Shown in pieces: positions 48,745 through 61,700 of a stretch of 64,000 bases of DNA (position 1 is its first letter; the number at the start of each line of letters is the position of its first letter). The notes beneath the pieces are model-generated. The model was not told where the DNA came from. It worked only from the letters and a program-made list of their open reading frames with translations, and did not search any database. Source of the DNA: Hyphochytrium catenoides. Taxonomy: Eukaryota > Protista > Hyphochytriomycota. The stretch spans positions 62,001 to 126,000 of the forward strand of contig FLMG01002562.1 in assembly GCA_900088475.1 (NCBI GenBank), read 5' to 3'. The translations under genes were made by a program, and so were the position numbers.

Positions 48745-50049
48745 GTTCCCCTTAGCTTCTACGCCGGACGAAACTCTCCCTTTAGTTGAGACGACTTACT
48801 GAAGAGTCGTTGCCTGATCTTCATCAATCTCTTTGGCCGTCTGATCTCTCTGTGCAGCGCGAGCGGTGTGACAGATTATCTCTGGGCATCAGAATCTTCA
48901 GCTGCAACAACCCTTCGCGCCAACTTTCAAACATCTTCCAAAAGCTGTTCTGATTCTGATGCTAGCTTCGGGAATGGCGGTTAGATTTGACACGAGAGCT
49001 TTTGTTGACTATTCAATAGCATTGGAAGGTACTATATTCGGGAACACTACATGACTGTTTTGGAGAACTCTCAAGAAAAAGTTGAGATCTTCGCACTCCC
49101 AGATAAGTTGAGATGAGATCTTGGAGGTCAAGAAGTAATCTGAACACGGTAAAACTGAAGTCCGCTGGAAGCGCGATCCTGCCGCTCGCGATGAACAGCT
49201 GCCGACAACTAAGTAGGGGTTGCTATCCTTGCCTTGACATACAGCGGCGAGGCTACAACGGATAAAAAGGGCACGTGGTTGCGGTGGCATTCTACCACGA
49301 CACGGGACAGGAGAATAGTTGCTGCTGCAGTTTGGACGACCATCCCGTCCAAGGGTCTCATTGGTACTACTCTTCACTCAAGTCGCCATTAAGCAGTGCA
49401 GGCTACCGAGATTCTTCAAGCTTTACTATATAGAGGAGGTCCGCTACCTCGACACGCTGACAGTAGAACGGCGCAGAAGAAGCTGCTTCCGCTATCGTTC
49501 CTCTCTGAGCGACCTACTTCTTGACACCAGTATGATACCTAAGAACCGTAACAACATGCGGTACCAAGAAAAGGAAGAATCCATGCGGCTGCTTCAGCAT
49601 TGCTATCATTTTCGATCATCTCCGTCGTCGCCGTGTTGTTGCGTGTTTGTTGTGAGTAACCTCAGAAGATTATCAAGAAGACAGGTTGATGACCGGGCTG
49701 TCAATCAACAGACCAGGAAGAAGAAGAACTACCGTCGGGTGGTGGATGCATTTCATCAGGGATGAACGTGGTAATGAGCTTCGATGATAATGTAATGGGA
49801 GGACGTGTGCTACGTCCCGTCCAACAGAGCTACAGAAAGACAAGAGAAGATGAGCTCTTACCGGCTCATCATGACCTACAGAACATCATATAGGCGTTTA
49901 GCATCAGCTGTGTTACTCTATATATAGCCTCCTGTGGACCCAAACCATGGCTGCTGTTATCAAAATAAACTAGAAAGTTTGACGATGGCAATGAAACTAA
50001 CCAGCATTCATCAATGATGAAAGAGAGAAATGCATACCAAGGAGTAGTG

Positions 50050-51351
50050 TTACTCTTTCGATTGGTGGACGAAGACCAGGCCCATAAGTCCAATCTTTAC
50101 AATCTTCAGCACAGGTCTTTCTTCATCTTGGTCGCTTTCTTCTTCGCTTTTAGCGTCTTCTCTTGCCATTGCACCACCCTCAAACCGCCTTCCTGTCCTC
50201 TTCTTATTCTTCTTTTTCTTGCTATGCGCGCTATTTGAGGTCAGTCCCATGACGTTTATTCCAGAGCTAATAACGTCAATATGAGGAGGGACCGTCACGC
50301 TAACCACTCCTCCTACCGAGGCCAAGTAGAGCTTTGTCTCCCCAGGTAAGAATTTGGCTTCCTTGAGGTTAACGTTAGTGCACCCCATGACCGAACCGAC
50401 GTACATGCGTCGAGGAGCAGTGAACTCGCCATTCTTATGTACGAGGCCCATGATGGAGAAGTAGGTTTGACGACCTTTCACCTCTTCCTGATGGGTGGAA
50501 GGGAATGAAGCCGATCTCTTTTGCCCTCCTTTCTTCTCTACATGGCCTCCGGCACGTCCGCGAACGGTAGAGGTAAAGGCGGTTGGAGTAGAGACTCCTG
50601 CCGCTGCGCCTCCTCGCGTTTGTCTGGTGTTTCCCTCTTCTTCTGTGACAAACGCGGAGGTGGCAACCGCCCCCATAAGTTCCTCGGCGATGGCTTGAAG
50701 GTCTCCGATCAAAGCTTGAAGCTCCTCAAGAGATGAAGATCTGAAAGCAGTCTGCAGTCTCTGTGAGTAGTCACTCTCGTCCAGAAGGCGTCTTTCTCTT
50801 CCAAGCGCAAGGACGTCAATCACGCTCTTCCTGAAATCTTCCACGTCAATTGCGGTGGCGTAACCTTGCACTGGAGCAGCGGTAGCACCACCGGCAGCAG
50901 TTGTTAGAGCAGGATAAGAACTTCCGACTTGGCTGCCCGAAGAGGAGGTAGCGTTATACGTTGCAGGCGGGGAGGCCGATGCCGATGCAAGGTGAGAAGA
51001 AGGCGAGTTCATTTCTCTCTTGCTAATCATGGGGGCAGTAGCTCCCATTGACGCCTTAAGCTGTGCTGGCTGTACGTCTTCACGTCTAGGTAAACCTGAG
51101 TCTCCGTCACACGGAGTTAAGTTATCAGGCGCCCCACCGCTGACCGCACTGGTGCTGCTGAAGCTGCTAGCGCGGTGGTTGGTCTGAGATTCTTGAAAGC
51201 CAGGCGGTGTCTGATGGGTGGTTTGATGATCCACGACAGCGGTCTGTTGTGGTGGGGGATGGAGGTGGGCGTCACTAACAGTATGGCATTGCTGAGTCTG
51301 ACTGTTACTAGGATCTTCTGCCTGGTTGGTGGTAGATAGCTTGCTGTTCAT
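50050..51351 (-). CDS. DUF1707 (SHOCT-like) plus C-terminal LiaF/DUF2154-like beta-rich domain protein, intronless
   Basis: 433-aa ORF. EDFRKSVIDVLALGRERRLLDESDYSQRLQTAFRSSSLEELQALIGDL fits the DUF1707 pattern. Repeated SIMG/SVMG/SVGG/NVMG/GLMG strands and VTVPPHIDV fit the bacterial C-terminal partner domain. Confidence 0.8.
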   Translation of the reverse strand: MNSKLSTTNQAEDPSNSQTQQCHTVSDAHLHPPPQQTAVVDHQTTHQTPPGFQESQTNHRASSFSSTSAVSGGAPDNLTPCDGDSGLPRREDVQPAQLKASMGATAPMISKREMNSPSSHLASASASPPATYNATSSSGSQVGSSYPALTTAAGGATAAPVQGYATAIDVEDFRKSVIDVLALGRERRLLDESDYSQRLQTAFRSSSLEELQALIGDLQAIAEELMGAVATSAFVTEEEGNTRQTRGGAAAGVSTPTAFTSTVRGRAGGHVEKKGGQKRSASFPSTHQEEVKGRQTYFSIMGLVHKNGEFTAPRRMYVGSVMGCTNVNLKEAKFLPGETKLYLASVGGVVSVTVPPHIDVISSGINVMGLTSNSAHSKKKKNKKRTGRRFEGGAMAREDAKSEEESDQDEERPVLKIVKIGLMGLVFVHQSKE

Positions 51352-54057
51352 GCTGACGGCGAAACGCAGAATGACAAGGTAAGGTGTTGTACGCGATGAT
51401 GCGTCTAGTCCGCCAAGCAGCCGTCTATCTAAATCTTTGAAAAGACATCGTCAGTAGTGCGTGCTGGTGCTCTTCAGCCAGGGTACACCAGGAACATCAC
51501 TCTCTGACCTGAAAAGCGATCCTGTCCACTTCTATCTGTCTGGTCTCCACGCACGCCTCTCAATGCCAAGAAGCAGCTCTCTAGGAAGAAGCTGCCACCG
51601 TGGCCCAATCTTCTTGCCTTCCTGCTTGCATCTTGGACTCAGACCCCACAAGTTTATCTTTTTCATAAGGAACAGGTGCTATTTTCTTCTCCTGCCCCTC
51701 TTTTCCTGTCCTCCCCGCCTTGCAGAAGGGGGGGCCCAGGGGGGGGTCAAGGGTAAAATCAATGAGAAGGCCTGTGTCCCCTGTCATCAGTTCTGAAAAC
51801 GCTGGACGGAGAGACCATCACTCCTGTCCCACTTCTGTTATTAGTACTGTAGGAAGGGACAGAGCAGAGACAGCCAGAGACATGAGCAATGACCATGACG
51901 GGCAGACGAGACAGAGCGAAAACGCAGGAATAAACAGAGGTGTGTTGAGGAACATACATATGAAGAGTCGCTACGGACCGTCGATGTTATAATCATGTTT
52001 GGGATTTGAGATGACGTGTATCCGGCCGTTAGCGGCGACAAGCCATCCGTTATCCAGAACGCCACAGGCATCACATCAGAATCCATCATCATCATCATCG
52101 TGATGGCCATTCAATCTTCGACTAGAGAGTAACTCACTTCTCTCTATCTACTGCCTCTACGAAGGACCTATGGTGTCTACTATCTAATACGGGCTAGGCC
52201 TACTCTCCAAAAAAAAGTGAGATAGTAGATGCTTATGAAAGCTTGGAGATAGACCAGCAACAGCAGGCAGCACAAGCAGCAGCAACAAGAAAAATAGAAG
52301 AAATAGGAAGAAAACTAATCTGTAGCTGGCAGAGTTGAAGAACAACGACGAAGGGAGAGTTCTTTTATATAGAGTTGACCGAGTCCCCACGATAGACCCC
52401 CACGTCCCACCAGCAGCAGTGTGATAGAAACCTCTTCGTTTGCTGTTGTAGGGTCCCCGGTGCTAAGAAGAAGGATGAAATAAACCGTGGTACTTGCTTT
52501 CCGTATTATCTTCATCGACGACTGGAAAGGTAATGGTTGTTCCATGTAAAAAGTTATTGATGATAGGAGTCTATTTAGAAGAGTGTTACTGTTAAAGACC
52601 AAGAAGGAAAGACAAAGGAAAACGTTCTATCTAGCCACCACCACAGAAGCAGCAGAAGCACCGGCGGATGAGGAAGAAAAGAGGGGGAGGAAGAAAACTG
52701 ACGGCCAGCTAACGCAGGCGGGAACGGAGACAATAGTATAACTCACCACTAACAAGTAGTGGGACCCTACATTCTGTTGTATATTATTACGCGAGGAGAG
52801 CAAGACATATGATTCTCAATGAGGGCTCATCAGCAGCATTGGGTGCTGTAGGAGAGATAGAGGATCAGCAGTGGAGAAGTAAAAGGGTGGTGGAGCCAAC
52901 CGGCGGTCCCCGCTTTACTGAGAGCCACCCGTAGACTCAGAGATGATGGGGAGTAAATCATGTCGCCGCCGTGGGTGGGCCCGTCCAGTTCTTTATTCTT
53001 TACTCCCGAAGACTTCTGTTCTCGCTGTCGGTAACTAATGCGGTGCATGATGATAAAGATACTACATTCGTCGTCGTCGAAGCACAAAAGAGTGGTGGTG
53101 GCGGAGGTCTCTCAACGACGTAAGTACCGCAAGCACTATGTACGAGTGTGGAAGCGGGGACTGCTGACTGTAAGAAGACAGTGTTCGCTTCCTCCATCGA
53201 TGCACCAAATGCCAAAGCTCCTGATCATATCATATTATATCCAACTGTTCAGCTCGCTCGGAGTAAGAAAGGACGACGCTTTGTGGCCGGCCTGATTGTA
53301 GGACTAACTCAACTGTTGCTGCTGCTTCGACCAGAAAGTATAGTTGTAGAGAGGAGGCGAACGATGGAAAGTAGAGCTTTGAACCCTACAAACAGGTACC
53401 TTGAGAGTTAGTCGTGCTTGCCCCCGCCAGCCACCAATCCTGACGACTTCGTCATGATTCCTTAAAGTGGAGAAATCATGCGCTAATTATAAAAAGACCT
53501 CTTTTAGCATTATTCCGTCATGTCACTAGTGAGCTGATGCTCGCCCTTGCCTCCGGCTGATCAGTGTCCTGCACAGCCGAAGGAGAGGACATGCTACTAC
53601 TGCTGTAAGGACGGCGTCGTCGCACCTATTGCTGGAGCAGCTGGATGGAGCGCACAGGGGACACCAACCACGATAGACTGGCTGATATAAAAATAAAAAA
53701 AAACTAAGAACAGCAACAAAGAGGTTGATCTCTATATATTTCCTGCGGTGGGCTTCTCGGAGTAGACATGCCTCCTTTTTCTTTATGCTGAGATGAGAAA
53801 GCGAGTAGTTCTATCTCAATAGGTTTGCATTGCACCATTAGTTTTGGCCAACTGATGGGTCTGCCAACGGTGGGTCATTAGGAAAGTAACTAAATGGTGG
53901 GAAACAAAAGAAGAGAACGAGCCAACCACATCCTAATTAGTATGGCGCATCCATGAAGAAATACCACTGAAAGGCGGCGTCCGCTGTGGCAATAAGGCGT
54001 TTATCTGCACAGCATTCATCGACTAATAGTTCTGGTGTCCATACATCAAAGGCTCTA

Positions 54058-54478
54058 AAGGGTTGTGCCACTATTTTGCCTTGCTACAATTATGCCCACC
54101 CCTAACATAATGCTCTACGTGTAACTTGGGTGGGAATCCAGTGTGCCTGACCACCCCAGAAGAGTTGAAAGATCACACTATCTCTCGCGGTCTGCCTTCT
54201 TTGGTCCGCTCTGCATAGATCTACTTGGGCTTTCTTGATCCTGTGCTAATGTCCTTCATGGGCGAAATAGCAGCAGCTCTTTTGAGAGGAGAAAGCAGCT
54301 TTCACCATTTTAGACATAACTCCTCGACGGCTGGGAGTTAGAAGGTGCCCTTGGAATATGTTGCCCCTGAACTGAATGGATGGCTAGCAAAACAACTCAA
54401 GACGGTTTGTCCATGGGGTGTCCTGAGATCAGACGCCACTTGCTCTTGCTTAGGTTGGGCAAATAGTGGCACAACCTT
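54058..54478. mobile_element. MITE or non-autonomous Tc1/mariner-like DNA element (421 bp)
   Basis: Imperfect terminal inverted repeats AAGGGTTGTGCCACTATTTTGCC (54058-54080) and GGCAAATAGTGGCACAACCTT (54458-54478), each flanked by TA (54056-57 and 54479-80). No intact ORF inside. Confidence 0.7.
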
Positions 54479-55734
54479 TAGTCGTAGGGGACCATGGATA
54501 TGTTGCTAGTCGTTGTCTTCTTCTTTTGGAGGGTGGCTGCGGAGCCCTTGGTCTCCAATAATGACGTGAGGGGTCATCTCTGCCCTGTCTCAGCTCATAC
54601 AGCAATCCGATAGCGCTGTGCTCGTCGAAGAAGGACACCAATTATTGTACCTCGAGGGAGGATCATCCTCTCATAGTTAGTATTGGGTGCTCTACTGATC
54701 CATCACGCGAGTCGAACTACACGTACGACTACAGGCTTACTGCTTCAGAGTAGGGAACTCTAGTGTATTTCCTATGGTTTGGGAGGGAAAAGGGACAAGG
54801 GTGGGAAATCAATAATACATATCTATCTCTTGCCAGACAGAATGGAGGAGAGATAACAATGGAGATCCTTCAGTAAAGTGGGACTTTACGCAATATGGTC
54901 AGACAGAGGTTTTGATGAGATATCATTGTTATTGATGGAGAAGCATGGGGACAGAGGGAGAAACCATTTGTACCACCACACTGTCAACACAAATTGCGAG
55001 ACAGAGTCATGCGGAATAGCGTCTCCTGGGTTGAATTGTAACCAGTTGAATCGACACAGAATCGAGAGAGATACGGGGAAGTTAGTACGCTTCACAAGGG
55101 AGGAGCAGTGAGGCGTGATGGCCGGTGCAAGGCGGGGCGGGGCGGAACGAGAAGCGAAGCCCAACCGCTTGTCTCTGATTCAGCGCTGTTCTTCGCTTCT
55201 GGGCTGGACGCCATACTTCAGCGTAATAACGGCTTCCGCCATGTGGTCAGAGCCTTGCTCGGATATCTCTGGGCTTTATAAATGCACTCCGGGCAGCTCC
55301 TGGCGATCAGAAGGACCATGAACCGAAGACCGAGGGTAAGGAGTCTCTGACAGCACGTCAGCTCACCGGCACGATGCTTCAGTCTGCTGGTATGGGTTCG
55401 GGAACGCTGTAGAACGGTATTGAGTGCACAACTGTTTGTGGCTTACTCTCCGCTAGCTCTTTGTTGGTCAACTGTCGTGTCTCCAATTATTTGTTGAAGA
55501 CTGGGACCTGCTTTTTCCCTCTTTCTAAAAGTTCTTTGTGAATGAATGCCACTTATTCGAGGCCTTTCACGTGCAGAGAAAAGACTAGCATGTCAGGTGT
55601 AGAGCAAGGTTAGAAGTGATAGGCGTTTCGCGGGATCTCTGTGGCTTTCTTGAAATGGCTGGAGACGTATAGCCGCTGCCACTGGCTGCCTTGGTCGAAA
55701 AAGGCTTGACCGTTTACGGGGAAGGGCACCACAA

Positions 55735-58700
55735 ATGGAGGACAAACGTGAATCTTTGGCTTCGGCCAACGAGCGACGGTCGCTGCTATCCACATCTGTA
55801 GTATCTGACCCTGCGATGTACTTCACTCCCGATGAAGATAGTTATCTCTCAAAGGTGGCAAGGAGTGACTCGTCTCCTCAGTTGGAGGGAGAGCGAGATA
55901 CGCTTACTAAGACACCTGTGTCTCCAATGGAGAAAGGCAGGAGTAGTGCCCCGCAATCTCTCTCTCCGTCTGCTAGAGAGAGAATCCGAATGTTCCAGAG
56001 CCATTTCTCGTTGGAGGGCGTCTCTCCTTCTCTGCCGACAGACTACTCTATGATGGCTAGTCCCGACCCAGAAGAGCTACGAGGCAACAAATACCTTGGT
56101 GAGAAGAGCGTGCTAAGAAGGAGACACACGAGAAGGTCTCTGCAGAGCTCCAGCTTGCCAGGTTCACCACCGTATGAAGAATATCAGGGTTCCGCTCCTA
56201 TGTCACCCTCGTGGAATAGGTCTAACCGTCTCAGGTCTGATACTGCCTCCGTCCACTAAGTCTTGGTGCCTCATCTTATGATCATGGAACTGTCCGGCCT
56301 TGGTCCTCTTCTTTCGTTCCTAGTCTTCCACTATTCTTACCTCATGTTTCCACTTCTCAACTAACCTATGTGGTGCGAAGACTCCATTGCCTAGTGCTTC
56401 CCTGAGGGTAAACTAACTTTTGGTTCCCTCGACTATAGAGACAGCAAGGGAAACTTGACGAAGGGTAGCATGAGCGTAGGAGAAAGAGTGGCAAGCTGGC
56501 TCTTTCCTTTACTCCTGCTGTTCTCTATTTTCATAGGACCTGACGCTATCACCATGCTATACACCTTGGGCTACGTGTTCGACGTCTTTGTACCGCAACG
56601 ACGCGTATGGCTATGCATAGCTCTTGCGATAATCTCCCTCGTTTCTTTGGCACTCTCTGTCGCTCTTCAGGTGCTCTATGCAGTGAAAGGGGAAGATTAT
56701 GTCCTCTATGGCTCTCAGACTGTATGGGTTATCTTCGGACTAGGCCCTGCGACGAACGTCTGGGCTTACATCCAAGCTTTTCTTCCCGACGTCTTTGCTC
56801 TTTTAGCAGCCGTCATCTTTTTGGCGCTAGGCAGGAAACTACAGCCTGTGCTGCACCTTCCGGGCCTAAATCCTACCGAAGCCTCTATCTTTACGGTGTG
56901 GTGGGCCAACACTGTTGGTTCTCTGATTATCCCCATCATCGCTATGTCTCAGCCTGGGCCGGTGCAACTTGTCTTCTTTATTATCTTTATCCTTCTTGTC
57001 CTCCGTGCCCTTTACTCAGCCTTTGTCATAGAGAGCACGGGAAGATATATCCGCTCTAGCGACCGCTTCTTCCTCTTCCCTATTCGGCTCTGTCTGCCGC
57101 TGGTGCTGTATAATGTCACCACATTGCTATTCCTGTAAGTACCGAAGTCTCATTCTTCAGGTTGCTTCTTTTAGCGTCTCCATCAGTGAGGGTCTGTTTT
57201 CCCTCCGTCTCCATCTCGACGTCGCTTACTCTTCAGCATCTCTGTTCTTTTCTCATTATTTATGCGTGTTTCGCTTATCTTAGTCGAGATCTTGGCACGC
57301 CTCTCTTCGTTCCATGACTGTGCGACTGGTGGTTATTCTGTCTCATCCGTCTAATTAAGAAATCTTGACAACTGACATGTCTTTTCGTTCCATCCATATG
57401 CTCCTGGTGGTTACTCTGTTTCCTCTGCCTATCTAGGAATGTTTGCTTCTTTCCTTACATAAGGAACCTCGACATTCTCGAAGACAAGTTAGAGTACATG
57501 GGCCTTTCGTCTGATGTTAAGGTAAGTGAGAGATTGAAAGAAAGGAAAAGTTTGCTACGCTCTTGTCCCGACTCGGCTGTGTTCACTTTCCCCCGTCTTG
57601 ATCTCTGGCTAAGATATCTATCTATCTTGGTTGCCTTAACCAGGGGGTTCTTTAACCTCTGCCTTCCCTCTTTTCTCTCTTCACTCCAGTCGTGGTCCGT
57701 CTTTGTCTACGTGGGCGGCTCGATTGTGATGTCAGAGTGCTTCGCTTTCTCAGCGCGCTGCTGGTGGTCTCAAGGCAGGAAGATTCTCGAGTTCCCTCCA
57801 CGGAGAAAGAGCAGAGGATACGCTTTACCGACGGTGGCCATGGTCGGACGCTCTCGTCTCGCACCTGCGACACCTTCGCTGGTCTCTTCTCCATTCCGTG
57901 CCCAACCCAATAGAGGGTTGGACGCGAGAAGGAGCTCAGAGTACTATGACGCGACGCACACTCCAATGGCAGTTGACGCAGGAGAGGACGATGAGATACA
58001 GACGCCACGCATAGATCTAGAAGGCGCAAGCGATGTTGATGAGGATTATTCAGAAGACGAAGAAGAAGAAAATTTAGAGGAAGAGCTAGGAAGAACCGGC
58101 ATCCTCTACTACACAGTGGCCACCATTCACAAGGATATCTCCCGTCTTCCGCTTAGCGTGAAAATCATATTCGATAGGAGAGGAAGATTCCTGAGTGGCA
58201 TGCTTTGCCTTCTTTGGGCGACGATCTTTCCTTCATATCTCTCCCTCGCCCTCCTTCTCTCCGGTTTCTTCATCTTCATCTTCATGAATGTGGAGCCATT
58301 CAGGTTCACTCTTCCCCTACTCACTATCTATTGCCTTACTCTTCTCTCTCTGCAATACGTCGTCAACTATTCCAAACTCAGCGATTCTCTCACGAATGAG
58401 GTCTTTGACCGGATCACATACGACATCCCCTTTCTGGGGCTCATCGTGCAAACCTTCTTTACCTTACTCATCGTATGGGCTTCCGTGTACAATCTCACTT
58501 ATGCCGCGCTCATCCATGCCAAGTATCAGAATATTAGGTAAGAAGACTGTATAGGAGCGTCAGAGAGCCTTATTGCTAAAATCGAGCTTGTCCTCAGCGG
58601 AGTCGCTTTGCTTTGCCTTTCGCTCCTTCACTATCTATATCCAGTATGTACGGTCGCACATATAACCTCTACTGCCTTTGTTTTCATCTTTGGTCTGCCC

Positions 58701-61700
58701 GATTAGACAATGCAAAGAGCACGGATTCCCCGATGTGCTCGAACCTGGCGTGGAAGGAGGCTCTCCCAAAGGCTTTCACGATCCTCCAGATGTCAACCAG
58801 TACCCCCGCTGGCGACAATGGACAAAGGACGCAAAGGAGATCCTTATGTTGCAAGTTGACCAAGTCATTCTTGCCATTCTCCTAGTCCTCGCCCTCGTAG
58901 GACCGAAAACAGCCAATATCCTGCAGGCTGTCTACGTTGGCCTCATCGTTCTCCTCGCCTTCCTCACGCCTCGGAACAGGAGAAGAGCGTGGCATATTCT
59001 GCATTTCTACTCGTTGGGAGTGGTGGTGGCCGTATTCGTCTGGAATATTGTCTGCCCTACTACGACCACCACCACTCTTACGATTGGAATGGAGTGTTAT
59101 GTGAGTGGAAGTGGAGCCACTTGGGGGGAGCTCTTCCTCTCCCGCTTCACGATCGCAGTGATTATGGTGCTGTTGGTAGGTACATTCTCTACCACTCCTC
59201 ATTCTAACAGTTCCAAGTCATCAGTTGGCTTGCCCTATAGCTACGCATTTTCGCTCTACCTCTCTCTCTTCCTCATCTAACTAAGGTTGACCTTTCCACA
59301 GTTAGGTCTGAGGCCTATTGTCTAGTGCAGTACAAGTCATTTGGTCTCATAATAACTCATGCTTTCTACTTGCCCTGGATCCGTCTGCCACCGTACAGAT
59401 TGAGCTCCAAATTATCCTGTATAACATCATAGAGGTAGAGAAGAAGAGGAAGAAGCTAAGTAACCAGAACCTAGTAGAGGGCCGAGCCAGGGTCGAGGGT
59501 GATGACCATCCTTGGTATCATCTCTCTTCGCTGAAGGCCTTTATCTGGGTCTTCTACTCGGTCTTTGGCACTGTCTTCGTCTACGTTACCCTTCTTCTTT
59601 TGGCGCTCTCCAGTGAGACCGAAGTATATGACAGAAATGCGACTTTCGTTGGGCTCGGATTCCTTGTCTTGTTCTGCATCCTACTCACGCTACACCTGGG
59701 AGCCATACTTAAACATCCCAAGGGCTCTCCTGCTGTTCTCCAGTGGATGAGGTGGGGCAGAAAGCGGCAATCCCTATTCGTCCTTCCCGCTTTTTTGCTC
59801 TTGTGGTCTATTTCCTCCCGTTCCTTTGCTATACATCTCCTTTACTATGGAGCAGAATGTTGCGCTCGTTATTCTTGGAGCCTACAGTCCTCGGCTCCCC
59901 AAAATCGCACGTCCTATGTCACCTCTTAGGCCCATTCAGATCAGTTATCAGCTGGCTCTATGTCTAGAGCCCCAATTACCTTCCGCTCCTACTTCTCAAA
60001 GCTGAGCTCTGACTATCTGCCCTAACTAACGACTTGTCTTCTCCTTTCCTTCTTTTCATGCTCCAGATTACTGTTGCTGTACCTCGTGGTGGTCCTCCTC
60101 TGCCGTTATCTCTACCAGTTCAATGTTGTGGAGGAGTGGCTGACGGACCATTGGCCATGGACGAATAGTGTCACCTTGGCTGGCGTGGGCCTAACTACAT
60201 TTGATAACCTCTTCCTGGGATTGCTGCCTATGATCCTGGTACGATACTCCTTCAGTCATCTGAACCTGCGACTTTTCCTTTCTTCTGTTGGTCGATCTAC
60301 TTTGCTCTTTTATGGAGTTATTTGGACTTAAAGACGGCTCCATTCCCACCTGGGCAGGCTATTCTGGTCGTCTATGGTGCGATATGCGCGTTGGCGACAG
60401 TGCAAGCTGCACCCAGAAGAAGGAGACGGAAGAAGAGGCCTCGACACCTCCCTTCTCTTGACGAAAAGTGGGCGAAGATTTTTTTTGAGTTGCTTGTATT
60501 GACAGGGAAGAGGCTGTTGGTATACCACAGTCCCTTCATTACTTTAGCCATTGCCGGTTTTGTGGCTCTGGCGGAGGTGAACGTAGCAAATAGTGTCTAT
60601 GGAATCATGGCGCTGATGCTTTCCTTCAGCACGTCTTGGAGAGGTGAGACGAAAGGATTCTTCCCAGCATCAGACTTACCTAGAGATGTTGACATTTTTT
60701 GGTAATGCACAGGCGCTTGGTGGACCCTCTCGGTGCTGGCCTTCGCTTTGCTTCTTGCTCGTTACGCTTTCCAGTTCAACTACTTCGAGCCTGGAAAGAA
60801 CTTCCTCAGTGCAGGACCAAACGCCTCCTGGTGGGGCTTTACAAGGCCCCCCACGTCTACAAATATAATGTGGACTGTTGTTTGGACTGAACTAGTGGTG
60901 CTTACAGTGACGTCTGTGCAACGAATGTAAGTGAACAAGAGAAAGAAGAGAAGAAGCCGCCCTTTCTTTCATGGAAGATCCAAATAGACTTAGCCCAAGC
61001 GTTTTTCCTGCTACCCTCTATTTTGCCTCGTGCTTGTGCTATGATAAGTGTCATGTCTTCCTAGCTCCTTTTAACTGTTTCCTGCTGATGTGACTCCTTC
61101 CGCTCCTTAATACCGCCTTACATTTATTTTTGTCAGTTCGCACTTGCTAGAGGAAGAAGTGATGGAAAAAGACCAGCTTCAGATATCTCGACGCCTGAAG
61201 AAGAGAGCACGGGTTGAGATGCTAACGAAAAGGTCAAGTAGAGAAGAGGCTGTCCTCAACCCTCTTTCGCCCACTTTCCAGAAGTCGAGTAGAGAAGGAA
61301 ACCATATTGATCCTCTTACCCCCACTCCCTATGAAAACGGAGCCGCAAAGAAGATTGTGGCCTTTGACAGCAATGCGAAGATCCTTGCGACTCCCTCTCG
61401 ACCAGACCCTACCTCGCCCCGATCGCCTATCTCCCATGAGGGTGGGCAAACGTTAGTTATAGGGGAAGAGAAGAAACCAGAGGTGGAGCTCCTGGTACAG
61501 CGACCGTCGTCCTTCTTTGGCCAGCTATATGACGTGTACGACTGCCTTTTCTTTTTCTTTGTGGAGAAAGCAGCAGAGATCCGCCTAGAAATTTCGCAGG
61601 TAACCTACCATATAGCTCCTGCATCACCCTTCTATGATGCCCCCCACTCTTGTATCCCTAATCTTTGTCATTGGATGCATAGATCCTGCTGGTGCTGGCT

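Noticed and set aside
49009-49765. ORFs of 122-148 aa upstream of HLTF (similarly 33172-33615 and 4275-4734)
   Set aside because: They lack recognisable motifs and mostly start at non-ATG codons, so they are likely non-coding.
51728-51753. G-rich tract with G-quadruplex potential
   Set aside because: A single short tract with no supporting context.
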